Below, piece by piece: positions 38,516 through 48,870 of a DNA stretch of 48,870 nt; the stretch's first letter is position 1, and every line of letters starts with the position of its first letter. Source of the stretch: Octopus bimaculoides (lineage: Eukaryota); contig NC_068988.1 of the NCBI RefSeq assembly GCF_001194135.2, positions 17,425,517 to 17,474,386 on the forward strand. The letters are read 5' to 3'. The position numbers and the translations under genes were made by a program. Under the pieces are notes generated by a model, which worked only from the letters and a program-made list of their open reading frames with translations, was not told where the DNA came from and did not search any database.

Positions 38516-38743
38516 TTATAAGCCATTTAAGAAACACACAAAAACGGTTAGATCCACTTCAACATTTAAATTTAATTTGCCAAAATATTTTCGTCGCTTG
38601 GCGACCGTGACCTGTTCACTGACAAAATTCCGTGCTGCAGCGAACAGATCGCGGTCTCCAAGCGACGAAAATATTTTGGCAAATTAAATTTAAATCTTGA
38701 AGTGAATCTAACGGATTTTGTGTGTTACTTAAATGGCTTATAA
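38516..38743. mobile_element. 228-bp palindromic (foldback/MITE-like) element with hammerhead-like units in both arms
   Basis: 38516-38620 and 38639-38743 are near-perfect reverse complements (ttataagccatttaag...aaatattttcgtcgcttgg / ccaagcgacgaaaatattt...cttaaatggcttataa), with an 18-nt spacer. Confidence 0.9.
38576..38626 (-). ncRNA. Minimal type-I hammerhead-like motif with G3:C8 swapped core
   Basis: Minus strand TTTGTCA-GTGAACA-G-GTCAC-GGTCGCCAA-GCGAC-GAA-AATATT-T-TGGCAAA. Confidence 0.55.
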
Positions 38744-38811
38744 NNNNNNNNNNNNNNNNNNNNNNNNNNNNNNNNNNNNNNNNNNNNNNNNNNNNNNNNN
38801 NNNNNNNNNNN
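38744..38811. other. Assembly gap (N-run)
   Basis: Run of N. Confidence 1.
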
Positions 38812-39620
38812 ATATATATATATATATATATAAGTGCTTCCGTCAGTCAGATTTACACACAGAAGGTATCAGTCGGACCGGGGCTATAGCTGAAATCAGT
38901 ACCCCGAGGTGCCACGATGTAGGATTGAACCAGAATTCACGCGGATGCGAAGTGAGCATTTTAAATTTAAAACATACAGCCACAGTTACACCTTGTGTAA
39001 AGATGAACGAGACAAAAAAATTCTTACATAAGACAAAATAAAAAAAAAACATGGCCAAAAGCGGCCTCCGTAACGGATTAAGAGAAAAGTCACTGAAGAG
39101 GGTGCAAATAACAATGAAATAGAAACGATGAATGACAAATAAAAACAAAACAATCGACTTAATGTCTAACTAAGTTAAACATGCAATCGATTAGGTAGTT
39201 GGATTGACTAATGATAAATTAGTGAATTTGAAACTGTGCGTGTGTTAATAATATTGGCCTAATGACTCTCCCTAGACAGCAAAATGATCCTCAGAGTTGT
39301 TAATGAAATTATTGTATATTCTCTCATTATCTGCGAAATATATGCAAAGTTATTACATTACTGGTTTTATCTTATAAACATTTGACCTGTTACTTTCTTT
39401 AACTCTAATGAAAATTACCTACAGGTTACATTTCGGTAAATATACTTCGTATAAATACAAGAGCGTTAAGATGCTTATCACTCATTCTTCGTGTGTGATC
39501 AGTTACAATTGTGTGGCCAGTGCTATAATGAAATGTATTCCAGTCATGACCATCCCATGTATTTGTAGACACTGGATAACTAAGATTGTGTAAGGTAACC
39601 ATTTCATTTTTAAGGTGTGT

Positions 39621-40002
39621 TGCTGGCATTCCGTCGCTTTCGGCGTCCAGGGTTCCAGTTGATCCGATGAACGGAACTGCCTGCTCGTGAAATTAACGTG
39701 CAAGTGGCTCAGCATTGCACAGACACGTGTACCCTTAACGTAGTTCTCGGGGATATTCAGCGTGACACAGTGTGACAAGCCTGACCCTTTGAATTATAGG
39801 CACAACAGAAACAGGAAGAAAGACTGAAAGTAAGTTGTGGTGAAAGAGTACAGTAGGGTTCGCCACCATCCCCTGCCTGAGCCTAGTGGAGCTTTAGGTG
39901 TTTTCGCTCAATAAGCACTCACAACTCCTGGTCTGGGAATCGAAACTGCGATCCTATGACCGCGAGTCCACTGCCCTAACCACTGGGCCATTGCACCTCC
40001 AC
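39621..40002 (-). mobile_element. SINE family C, full length
   Basis: Reverse complement of 42022-42353 plus the 3' tail; tRNA-like head ggaggtgcaatggcccagtggttagggcagtggactcgcggtc. Confidence 0.9.
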
Positions 40003-42021
40003 TTTAAGATGTGATATAAGGCATATTAGCAACTACACAACATTACACTTACTCTCGATTGCAGTTGTTGTGGTTGTTTAGTTCTAGGCCAGTTCTGATT
40101 TAAGAATGAATATCCAATCATTTTAACGTTTTAAGACTAAGACGGACTACGTTATCCAAAACATTCATGCATTTCTCTAGATGGTATGGTGAAGTTTCAG
40201 ATAGATTTGATTGTTATTGATAATAGGTTGAGCGACCACATAGCCCTTCCCTTTACATCATATGGCACTCACGCTCAAAATCCTTACTTCTAAATCCTGG
40301 TATTATTTTTTTCTCAGTATAGACTATTCTGCATAATCGGAGAAAAAAAAAAGCAAAAACGAGTTAATAGGATATTCTGAAATGTTGTTAAGCTCTAAAA
40401 CTAACAAGCTTTTTAGCCAAATTCGATTCCATTATCAAGACTATTTATTATTACTTAAAATGCTTCGGAATATCATAAATATTATAATGTATTATTTTCT
40501 CATAAAAGCTACAGGATTATATGCGATATAATTAATTTGCTGTCGAGGATCACAAAGATTGCCGCTATCATATTGCATCACTAGACGTGGTCATAAAACT
40601 ACTTGCTTTTAAGTTATATTCATGATATTGGTGCAATCCATTGACAGTTATTTAAGCGTTTATTATTTACTAATTTCACTCTCACATGACTTTGGTCACT
40701 CGTAGTTACAGTTGAAGTTACATGCTGTCGTACAAGGCACCCGGCATGAGGTGGGACTGAACCAGAAACCATGTGACTACCAAGTGAACTTCTTCACTAC
40801 AAATTCATTGCTGCATCTTGCGTTTTTGCGTGGATAAAATGTACGTTGAGGCTTACCTTTCTACTAATGGCTGTCTGAAATCAATTTTAAGAACAGTGGA
40901 AACAGGACTTAAATCATATGAGCTAACATATTCCGTTCATCATCAGGTTAGCTCTAAGAAAATCTGTGATTAAATTCAATCCACATATGGTCATCCCGAT
41001 TATTTTTAATATCTAGAATACAATGTGGAATGCGTTTTTACTTTTATTAAGATGATATGGATAATTTCAGTGAGATTTGATTTGTATTTCTAGCACATAA
41101 AGTCTCGCACTTTAGCTCGCATAAAGCCAGTAGCAAGTGATAGTTACCATGCCCTGATCGAACCGTTATCTCTTCCCACTGAAACTATTTTTCAGTCACA
41201 GGATGAGCCAAGAATTCTATGGAAAATCAAATCAATCAGCTTGACATGGCTTCTGCTTAAAACCACCTTTGCCGTTCAAAAACGAACAAAATACACATCT
41301 CAAAATAAATGAATAAAGCTTTTATCGTACTGAAAACACATGAGAAGAATAATAAACTTAGCGGACACTTAACTGACATAATATTTATGTAACTATGCTT
41401 GTATAAACAAAATTTATCTCCATTCTTCCTACGAAGACTGAAGGATTATTTGTCTAAAATCTACTTTATTTTTGCAGACATAGTAGAGCACTATTTGTCA
41501 TATGATAATCTGAAACTCTTACAAAGATTACGTGTTGTCTATCGACATTTAAAACGTTATGGCAATCTCAATTTTAGGCTGATATTTTAAGTAGTGTGAG
41601 CTACTTATTAGGCCCAATCCGACGATAACAAAGTTATTAATGGTCAATGTAGTTAATGCGTGTTATGTATCTGCTGCCATATGCCTGTAAGATGCAATGT
41701 CGACAGCTATACATTTAAATGTTTATGATCAAGAATGAAAATATTCTTTGACCAACATACAGTTATATTTTAATTAGTCTAGAGGAAAACAAACTAGCAA
41801 AATAAGTGTGTATTTATAATAATTGTATGTTTCAGCTTAAAACTTCACCATACCGTCTAGAGAAATGCATGAATGTATTGGATAACGTAGTCCGTCTTAG
41901 TCGTAAAACGTTAAAATGAGTGGATAGTCATTCCTAAATCAGAGCGGGCCTAGGACTAAACAACCTTAACAACTGCAATCCAGAGTAAGTGCAATGTTGT
42001 GTAGTCGCTAATATGCCTTAT

Positions 42022-42353
42022 GTGGAGGCGCAATGGCCTAGTGGTTACTGCAGCGGACTCGCGGTCATATGATTGCGGTTTCGATTCCCAGACAGAGCGT
42101 TGTGAGTGTTTATTGAACGAAAACACCTAAAGCCCCACGAGGCTCCGGCAGGGGATGGTCGCGAACCCTACTGTACTCTTTCACCACAACTTACTCTCAC
42201 TCTTACTTCCTGTTTCTGTTGTGCCTGTAATTCAAAAGGTCAGCCTTGTCACACTGTGTCACGCTGAATATCCCCGAGAACTACGTTAAGGGTACACGTG
42301 TCTGTGGAGTGCTCAGCCACTTGCACGTTAATTTCACGAGCAGGCTGTTCCGT
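42022..42353 (+). mobile_element. SINE family C, 3'-truncated
   Basis: ggaggcgcaatggcctagtggtta...gcggactcgcggtc...ggtttcgattccc (A/B boxes), body colinear with the 39621-40002 copy. Confidence 0.9.
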
Positions 42354-44127
42354 ACATGTTTACTAACCTATTACAAGGAGAGAGGTGACAGTCACTTCAG
42401 TCTTGAACTACTAACCGTCATCAAACTCTCCAACATGAGCTAACAATCGGAAAGGTTTCATATACATTTATGTGTGTGTGTGTGTGAGTGTGTGCGTGCA
42501 TGTGTGTTTGAGTGTGTGCGTGTTTGTATGTGTGTATGCATACATGTATGTATCAATGTATGTATGTGTGTGCGTGAGTGTGTGTGAGTATGTGTGTATG
42601 CATACAGGTACGTATGCATGTATCAATGTATGTATGTCTGTGAGTGTGTCCGCGTGTTTGTTCAGTTCCTATAGATGATGACAGAGTAGGGGTTTAGTCT
42701 TCTTCACCGTTACTTTATGCATTATTTGGCTTGGCACAATTAGAGTCAATTGAGAAATGCATCTGGGAGTCGATTCTTCTTAATGATGATTTTCCCCAGT
42801 GCTTTCTTTGATTATTGTACCCATTACATTACTCAATATGTTTTTCTTTCTATTTGTAGAATGCACAACTATATTTTCCTTGGGTTTAGATTCTCTCAAA
42901 ATTTCCATTTGTCTTTTCCTTTCCCATTTTCTATCAATTACTGGCACTGAACATTTTCCCATCCATTATTTAGAATTCATTAAGTACCAGCATTACAGTA
43001 TATAAATTGGTTGCACCTATTCCACTCCTCAAATATTCTTTTGATTCCATAAGGCTTTTACTTCCAACAAACATATTCTCCTCCATCACAGATCAATAAT
43101 TTTTTAAGCATCAAATAACTACTACAACATTAAACAGGGAATGATTTTAGAACAACAATCAAATTCAGCATGGTGCCATTGTAAGATGGCCACTTCTTCT
43201 GAGGCTGTCAGCCAATTCATTTTTCTGTCTGTCTGTCTGCTTATCAGTTTGTCTGTTCACTTTACCTCAAGAGGCATATATACACACATGATTACACTCT
43301 ATTTACCTTCACAAGACTATAGTGCTAGGTGTGCAGCGCACACCTATCGAAAATGGAAAATGCTTTATAAATATTAATCTTATTAATATAAACACAAATC
43401 ATAATGGAAAACTTTTGTTGTACCACTGCTTAAAATTTGGTGGCATGGGACGTGGCATCACACTCAACACATCAGCCACCATACGCCACTGATATACATG
43501 TACAAGAGTTACGGAATGGAGTCGGAAAAATCCGGGCTACATATGTTTCATAGCGAGTGGAACCTCAGAAGTGGCCAAATCCAAGTGAGGTGTAAATCAA
43601 CGGCTACTCTTCAGGCCAAAGATATCTTGATGGGATTAAAGGCGACATTGTCGTAGGAAGGTACCTATTGAGCCAGGAGGATTCAATAAGAATGTGTAAG
43701 GAGCACAGTATGAGAGGAGTATATAAATGTAAGGAGAAATAAGTATTAGAAGAAGGGAAGACAGAAGAGAAGGAAAAAAGGAATTAGTAAATAAAATAAA
43801 ATGAAATAGACAATAGGGGAGTGAGAGGAAGGAGGAATTGAGCAGATGAGTACTAGACAATATAGTAGTTTAGCTTTATCACAGAATTTAATGGTGATAT
43901 TGACAATTGAAGGGAAGATAAATTGGAGGAGAGAGGATGGGGAAATATTTTTGGCCGTAGGGGAGGCAGAAAGTGTGTATGAATAAAGTAAGGTAGGGTA
44001 GGGATTTAAGCATGGCTAGTGGTTGTTTGTAGTCAATTTATGCCATTCTGTGGCCGAAAGGCATAAATTGGAACACACTCGGTAGCCCTGGTGGCCTACC
44101 GTGGAATATAAAAAGAACTTTTTTCTG

Positions 44128-44159
<32 letters not shown>

Positions 44160-44171
44160 NNNNNNNNNNNN
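44160..44171. other. Assembly gap (N-run)
   Basis: Run of N. Confidence 1.
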
Positions 44172-44202
<31 letters not shown>

Positions 44203-45490
44203 ATATGCGTACGTACGTGTGTACGTATGTCACTGTTCAGTTTTGTTTCAAGATTTCTTGCCAATAGAGAGACGTCTTCAATCCTAGATTCAAAGCTCCT
44301 TTATTGAAATTGTATGTATGTATGAATGTATGTATGTATCTATGTATGTTTTGCTTTATGTATGTATTCTCATGCATATAGTGGCATATCTAGACATGCT
44401 CATATATATTTAAATTATATATTTAGGAAAACAATTCACAATCCCCTGCATAGGAAAGAATGCCCGAGAATAAATAAATAACGTACGCACTTTAAAGAAA
44501 AGAAGAAATATTGATAGGGCATTGCCAACAAAACTTCCGCAAAGTGCAACCATAATCCTCATATAAATGATTTGATAGAGAAAGGTAAAAAATACAATTA
44601 TAGAGAACAGCTTCTCTGTAAATGTGAGTATTTAAATCACAATCAGTGAAATCGAGAGCATTTAATTGCATCTACTTTCAAATTCACAGTTTACCATCTA
44701 TATAGTACATCTATATCTGTACCAATAATTATCGGTTCATACGTCTAAGCAGGTGCATGTCTAAGAGGCAAGTTAAAAAGCTGTTATGTTCAAACACACA
44801 AAAGATCCAGTCGACACCCATTTTAACTATGCAATCTTTAACCTTTTACCTGTCCTATGTACCACATATGATACACGGGAAATATTTTCTGGCGTCTGTG
44901 CATCCTATATAATACACGTTCCATTTTTCAGCCACTAGAACAAACTAGAATTTTTGGAAGGAAATCTTTATAGCATCAGAACCTATGAAACTGGGCGAAC
45001 CTAGAAGTATGAAAAAAACGTGGACATTTAGGACAAACTTCTGAAAATAACTTGAGTAGGTTTATGGTTAGCAGCGCCAGCATAACTAGCCAAAACTGTT
45101 CCAAGGCCAAACATAATGAATTTCATTGCTATTTAACTAAATTCCAGCGATGGAGCTTTGGTACTCTGTGAGAGAAGTTCAATGTTACGTAGAAAATTCA
45201 CATAATAAGAAATTGACGATAACATAAATGAATTACAAGTGAATATTGTTTGCTACATATACTTATTTTGTACACACTGTAAGTTTTAAGAGTTGATCAT
45301 CAGAAGTCAATGAGTTTTCGTTCAACGAGTTCTAACGAAATTACCTAGATGGTATAGTAAAATTATCTAGTAAAATTTAACCCCTCTACATTTTTGAGAA
45401 TATTCAATAAATGTTTTAGCTATCTTCATAAATTAGGTTATTCTAGGAATTGATCAAAACGTACGATATATAGCATATATATATGCATAC

Positions 45491-45574
<84 letters not shown>

Positions 45575-45775
45575 CAGAAACGTTAGCACGCCAGGCGAAA
45601 TGCTTAGCAGTATTTCGTTGTGGATTCCTTCGGAGTTCAAAGTTCGCGGAGGTCGACTTTATCTTTCATCTTTCGGTGTCGATAAATTAAGTACCGGTTG
45701 CGTACTGGGGGCGATCTAATCAACTGTCTCCTTCCTCAAAAATTTCTGGGCTCCTACCTAAATTAGAAAATAACA
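45575..45775 (+). mobile_element. SINE family B
   Basis: agaaacgttagcacgccaggcgaaatgcttagc...gaggtcgacttt...gataaattaagtaccggttgcgtactgggg. Confidence 0.85.
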
Positions 45776-46561
45776 TAATGCAAATATGTCTGCGTAAGTT
45801 TGTGTGAAAATATTCTTTTGACAGTATATTTGTGTGCGAAAAAACATTATTGGCCTCAAAATGACGCTTTTAAAATCATAAACAGAAAGAACTTTTCACT
45901 GGGTCCAAATCTTGATGTTTATGTTTAGGTCCCGTGATACAAAATAATATCAGGTGATCAATTCAGTTAATAGACAGGTTTTCGTTTGTAGTCAAAATAA
46001 TAATAGAGATCCTAAAGAATGAAAATAAAATGGTCTCAATTCGTTATAAATATTTCTCTTGAGTATTAAGTCATGAGATATTACGTCAGGTTTTCTTGTC
46101 ATAAATGACATAATGCTAGAAGCAAACTTCGTTGGCTGTAAAAGCTAAAGTAACAGTTTAAAATGATAATATTGTCATTTTTTTATTATTATATAATAAC
46201 AAAAGTAAATTTGTGAATGAGAAGAAAGCAGGACATTACATATTACCAAATGAATTATTCTATAGCGACCACGCTTCCACCCAATAATCTCTGGTTATTG
46301 ATAATAAATAATGGCACCCTCCAAGATTACCTAATGAAAATATCGCATAGTCTGAAAAGGTCATAACCTTTAAGGATTCCCAAGAGAAATTATAGCAACG
46401 TCTTGCAAAGGAAGTATTAAAAAGTCAAAGTTACTACTGTCTCACCTTCTGACCTTAATGCATTTAGAGAAATAGAACATTCAATTCTATTTGCAGTTGC
46501 AGAGTTCCCTTGCGAAATTCATATTTCTATAGAAAATAAACAATAATGACTCATACATACA

Positions 46562-46613
<52 letters not shown>

Positions 46614-46829
46614 TGCGTATGTGGAAAAGATAATTTTCTGTTAGTAACATGGATATGCTAACGATTTTAAAGCGTTTTCAAAGTTAATCCTTATTAATTG
46701 CTGCGATAAAATTTCAATTTCATGTGGGATTGCGTTTCTATCAGAATTTTCATGGCACATTTATTTAATATCTATCTATCTATCTATATATCTATCCATC
46801 TCTTTCTTTCTTTCTCTTTCTCTCTCTGT

Positions 46830-46880
<51 letters not shown>

Positions 46881-47311
46881 TCTGTCTTTCTTTCTTTCTC
46901 TGGAGTAAAGACCTTCGGTCATGAATGAATATTGGATTGCAGCTAGAACGTTTCCCTCCGAGGCACATGTCTGGTCAAGGTTGTTTATAGAAGACCAGAA
47001 GTCACCCATGCATACCAGCCTCTCCTCTCCATGCCACCTATGTTGTCAAAGGAAAAAGGAAAGTCATAGGCAGATAGAACTTGGCACCAATGACGTCGCA
47101 ACTCATTTCTACAGTTAAGCGAACTGGTGTAACTTGAAATAACGTGTGTTGTTCAAGAACAAAACTCACAGCCCAGACCAGGAATCTATCTAACTATCTA
47201 TCTATCCTTCATGTAGAGCTATTAAGTTAGAAATGGCCTGGGTCAGTCTATGGTCGAAACACATCTATCTATCTATCTAGCTAGCTAGCTAGCTAGCCTG
47301 CTATCAAGCTT

Positions 47312-47598
47312 AGGCACCCGTCAATCTCGGGAGACCATGGACCTGCTTCTGGAGAATTTGTGTCAGCTGCTGACAGTTTGCTGTGTCTGTTGAGGTCCAC
47401 AAGTTAGTGGCCAGCTCATATGTAGCGACAGCATTTGAAACGTTGTCCGCCTGCGTTACTGAATTTTCTTCCTTCGAGCGCATTTTTCTTTGGCGGCAAG
47501 TTTCAGTTTGTCTCCTTTTTGTCTCCAGTGGGGGCGATAATTTGAAACCTCCTCACATCTCAGGGCATCCAGATCTATTGATTTCTTATCTTTCTTGC
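47312..47598 (-). mobile_element. RTE-clade LINE 3' end, decayed
   Basis: Minus strand gives [22 protein letters not shown] and a decayed FKCC...DLNRHS zinc-knuckle-like end, then the RTE-type tail ccatggtctcccgagattgacgggtgcct. Confidence 0.65.
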
Positions 47599-47601
47599 AA
47601 G

Positions 47602-47654
<53 letters not shown>

Positions 47655-47746
47655 CCTGTCAGTTTATCTGTCTGCTTATCTGCCTATTTATTTGTCAATC
47701 TACCTATTTCTCTCTACCTGTCTGCCTCTCTCCCACTCTCTCCCTC

Positions 47747-47791
<45 letters not shown>

Positions 47792-48324
47792 NNNNNNNNN
47801 NNNNNNNNNNNNNNNNNNNNNNNNNNNNNNNNNNNNNNNNNNNNNNNNNNNNNNNNNNNNNNNNNNNNNNNNNNNNNNNNNNNNNNNNNNNNNNNNNNNN
47901 NNNNNNNNNNNNNNNNNNNNNNNNNNNNNNNNNNNNNNNNNNNNNNNNNNNNNNNNNNNNNNNNNNNNNNNNNNNNNNNNNNNNNNNNNNNNNNNNNNNN
48001 NNNNNNNNNNNNNNNNNNNNNNNNNNNNNNNNNNNNNNNNNNNNNNNNNNNNNNNNNNNNNNNNNNNNNNNNNNNNNNNNNNNNNNNNNNNNNNNNNNNN
48101 NNNNNNNNNNNNNNNNNNNNNNNNNNNNNNNNNNNNNNNNNNNNNNNNNNNNNNNNNNNNNNNNNNNNNNNNNNNNNNNNNNNNNNNNNNNNNNNNNNNN
48201 NNNNNNNNNNNNNNNNNNNNNNNNNNNNNNNNNNNNNNNNNNNNNNNNNNNNNNNNNNNNNNNNNNNNNNNNNNNNNNNNNNNNNNNNNNNNNNNNNNNN
48301 NNNNNNNNNNNNNNNNNNNNNNNN
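47792..48324. other. Assembly gap (N-run) within (TA)n
   Basis: Run of N. Confidence 1.
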
Positions 48325-48449
48325 TATATATATGCATTTATTAATATGTACAAAACTAAAAACGCATTTATGCATGTATGCACATAAACATACTTGTAGC
48401 CCATATGACTTTTCAATCAGAAATATTTATTTATGCATATATAAATACG

Positions 48450-48700
48450 TTTATGAATTTGTTTTGCAAGATTTCTGATGTGAATTCGTGTATTAAAACA
48501 AAATGGTAGGTGGAGCAGGAGGATTGACTTGAATAGAAAGGGCCACTGAAGAAGTCACGTGTGTGAGGAAAGGTTTCCTGACAGTGGACATTAGATGAAA
48601 TAAGAAAAATAATAAACGATTGAAGATGGAATATATAGTACGTGTGTTTATTTGGCAAGAAAAAATGACCGTCCGGAAATATAACAATATATACATACAT
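48450..48700 (+). mobile_element. PLE-type pLTR remnant related to 2130-2490, with degenerate hammerhead core at 48546-48583
   Basis: Shares gcaagatt-tgatgtgaa-tcgtg and gtttatttggcaaga...atgacc...aaatataacaatata with the 2.1-2.5 kb locus; CTGAAGA-A-GTCAC-gtgt-GTGAG-GAAA...TGACA. Confidence 0.6.
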
Positions 48701-48801
48701 GATGGCCGTCCACTCGTGACCGAGGTAGACCATTGCCGACCTTCAGGAACATTATGTGCTCTAGGACTAACTTATATTTAGCCACCAACGGAGCCGCAAA
48801 T

Positions 48802-48870
<69 letters not shown>

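Noticed and set aside
41477-41590. Acceptor-like tttttgcag followed by an open frame (DIVEHYLSYDNLKLLQ...)
   Set aside because: No GT donor before the stop, wrong phase for the candidate upstream exons, and no recognisable similarity.
971-48478. Long ORF-track entries (100-340 aa)
   Set aside because: They are open only because of N-runs or dinucleotide/trinucleotide repeats (YIYI, HTHT, LSLS, poly-X); there is no protein signal.

Overview
AT-rich, repeat-saturated animal genomic DNA from a gapped scaffold (10 N-runs, most abutting (TA)n or (GA)n tracts). The SINE families and microsatellite landscape resemble octopus (coleoid cephalopod) DNA; this is recognition from memory, not a database result. 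No complete protein-coding gene is visible. Almost all ORF-track entries are artefacts of microsatellites or N-gaps. The real coding remnants are decayed non-LTR retrotransposons: a CR1/L2-group RT fragment (10.5-11.6 kb, -), an L1/Tx1 RT fragment (31.6-32.5 kb, +), R4/Dong-type restriction-like-endonuclease ends embedded in (TAA)n tracts (32.8 and 34.3-35.0 kb, -) and an RTE 3' end (47.3-47.6 kb, -). Three tRNA-derived SINE families recur many times. The most unusual signal is a set of minimal type-I hammerhead-ribozyme-like motifs of the kind carried by Penelope-like elements. One of them sits inside a 228-bp palindromic element and has the core GUGAACA in place of CUGANGA, which is an exact swap of the tertiary C3-G8 pair to G3-C8. 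Also seen: a roughly 520-bp-arm inverted duplication, a LINE/SINE shared 3' tail, a templated insertion, and two weak phase-2 candidate first exons on the + strand.
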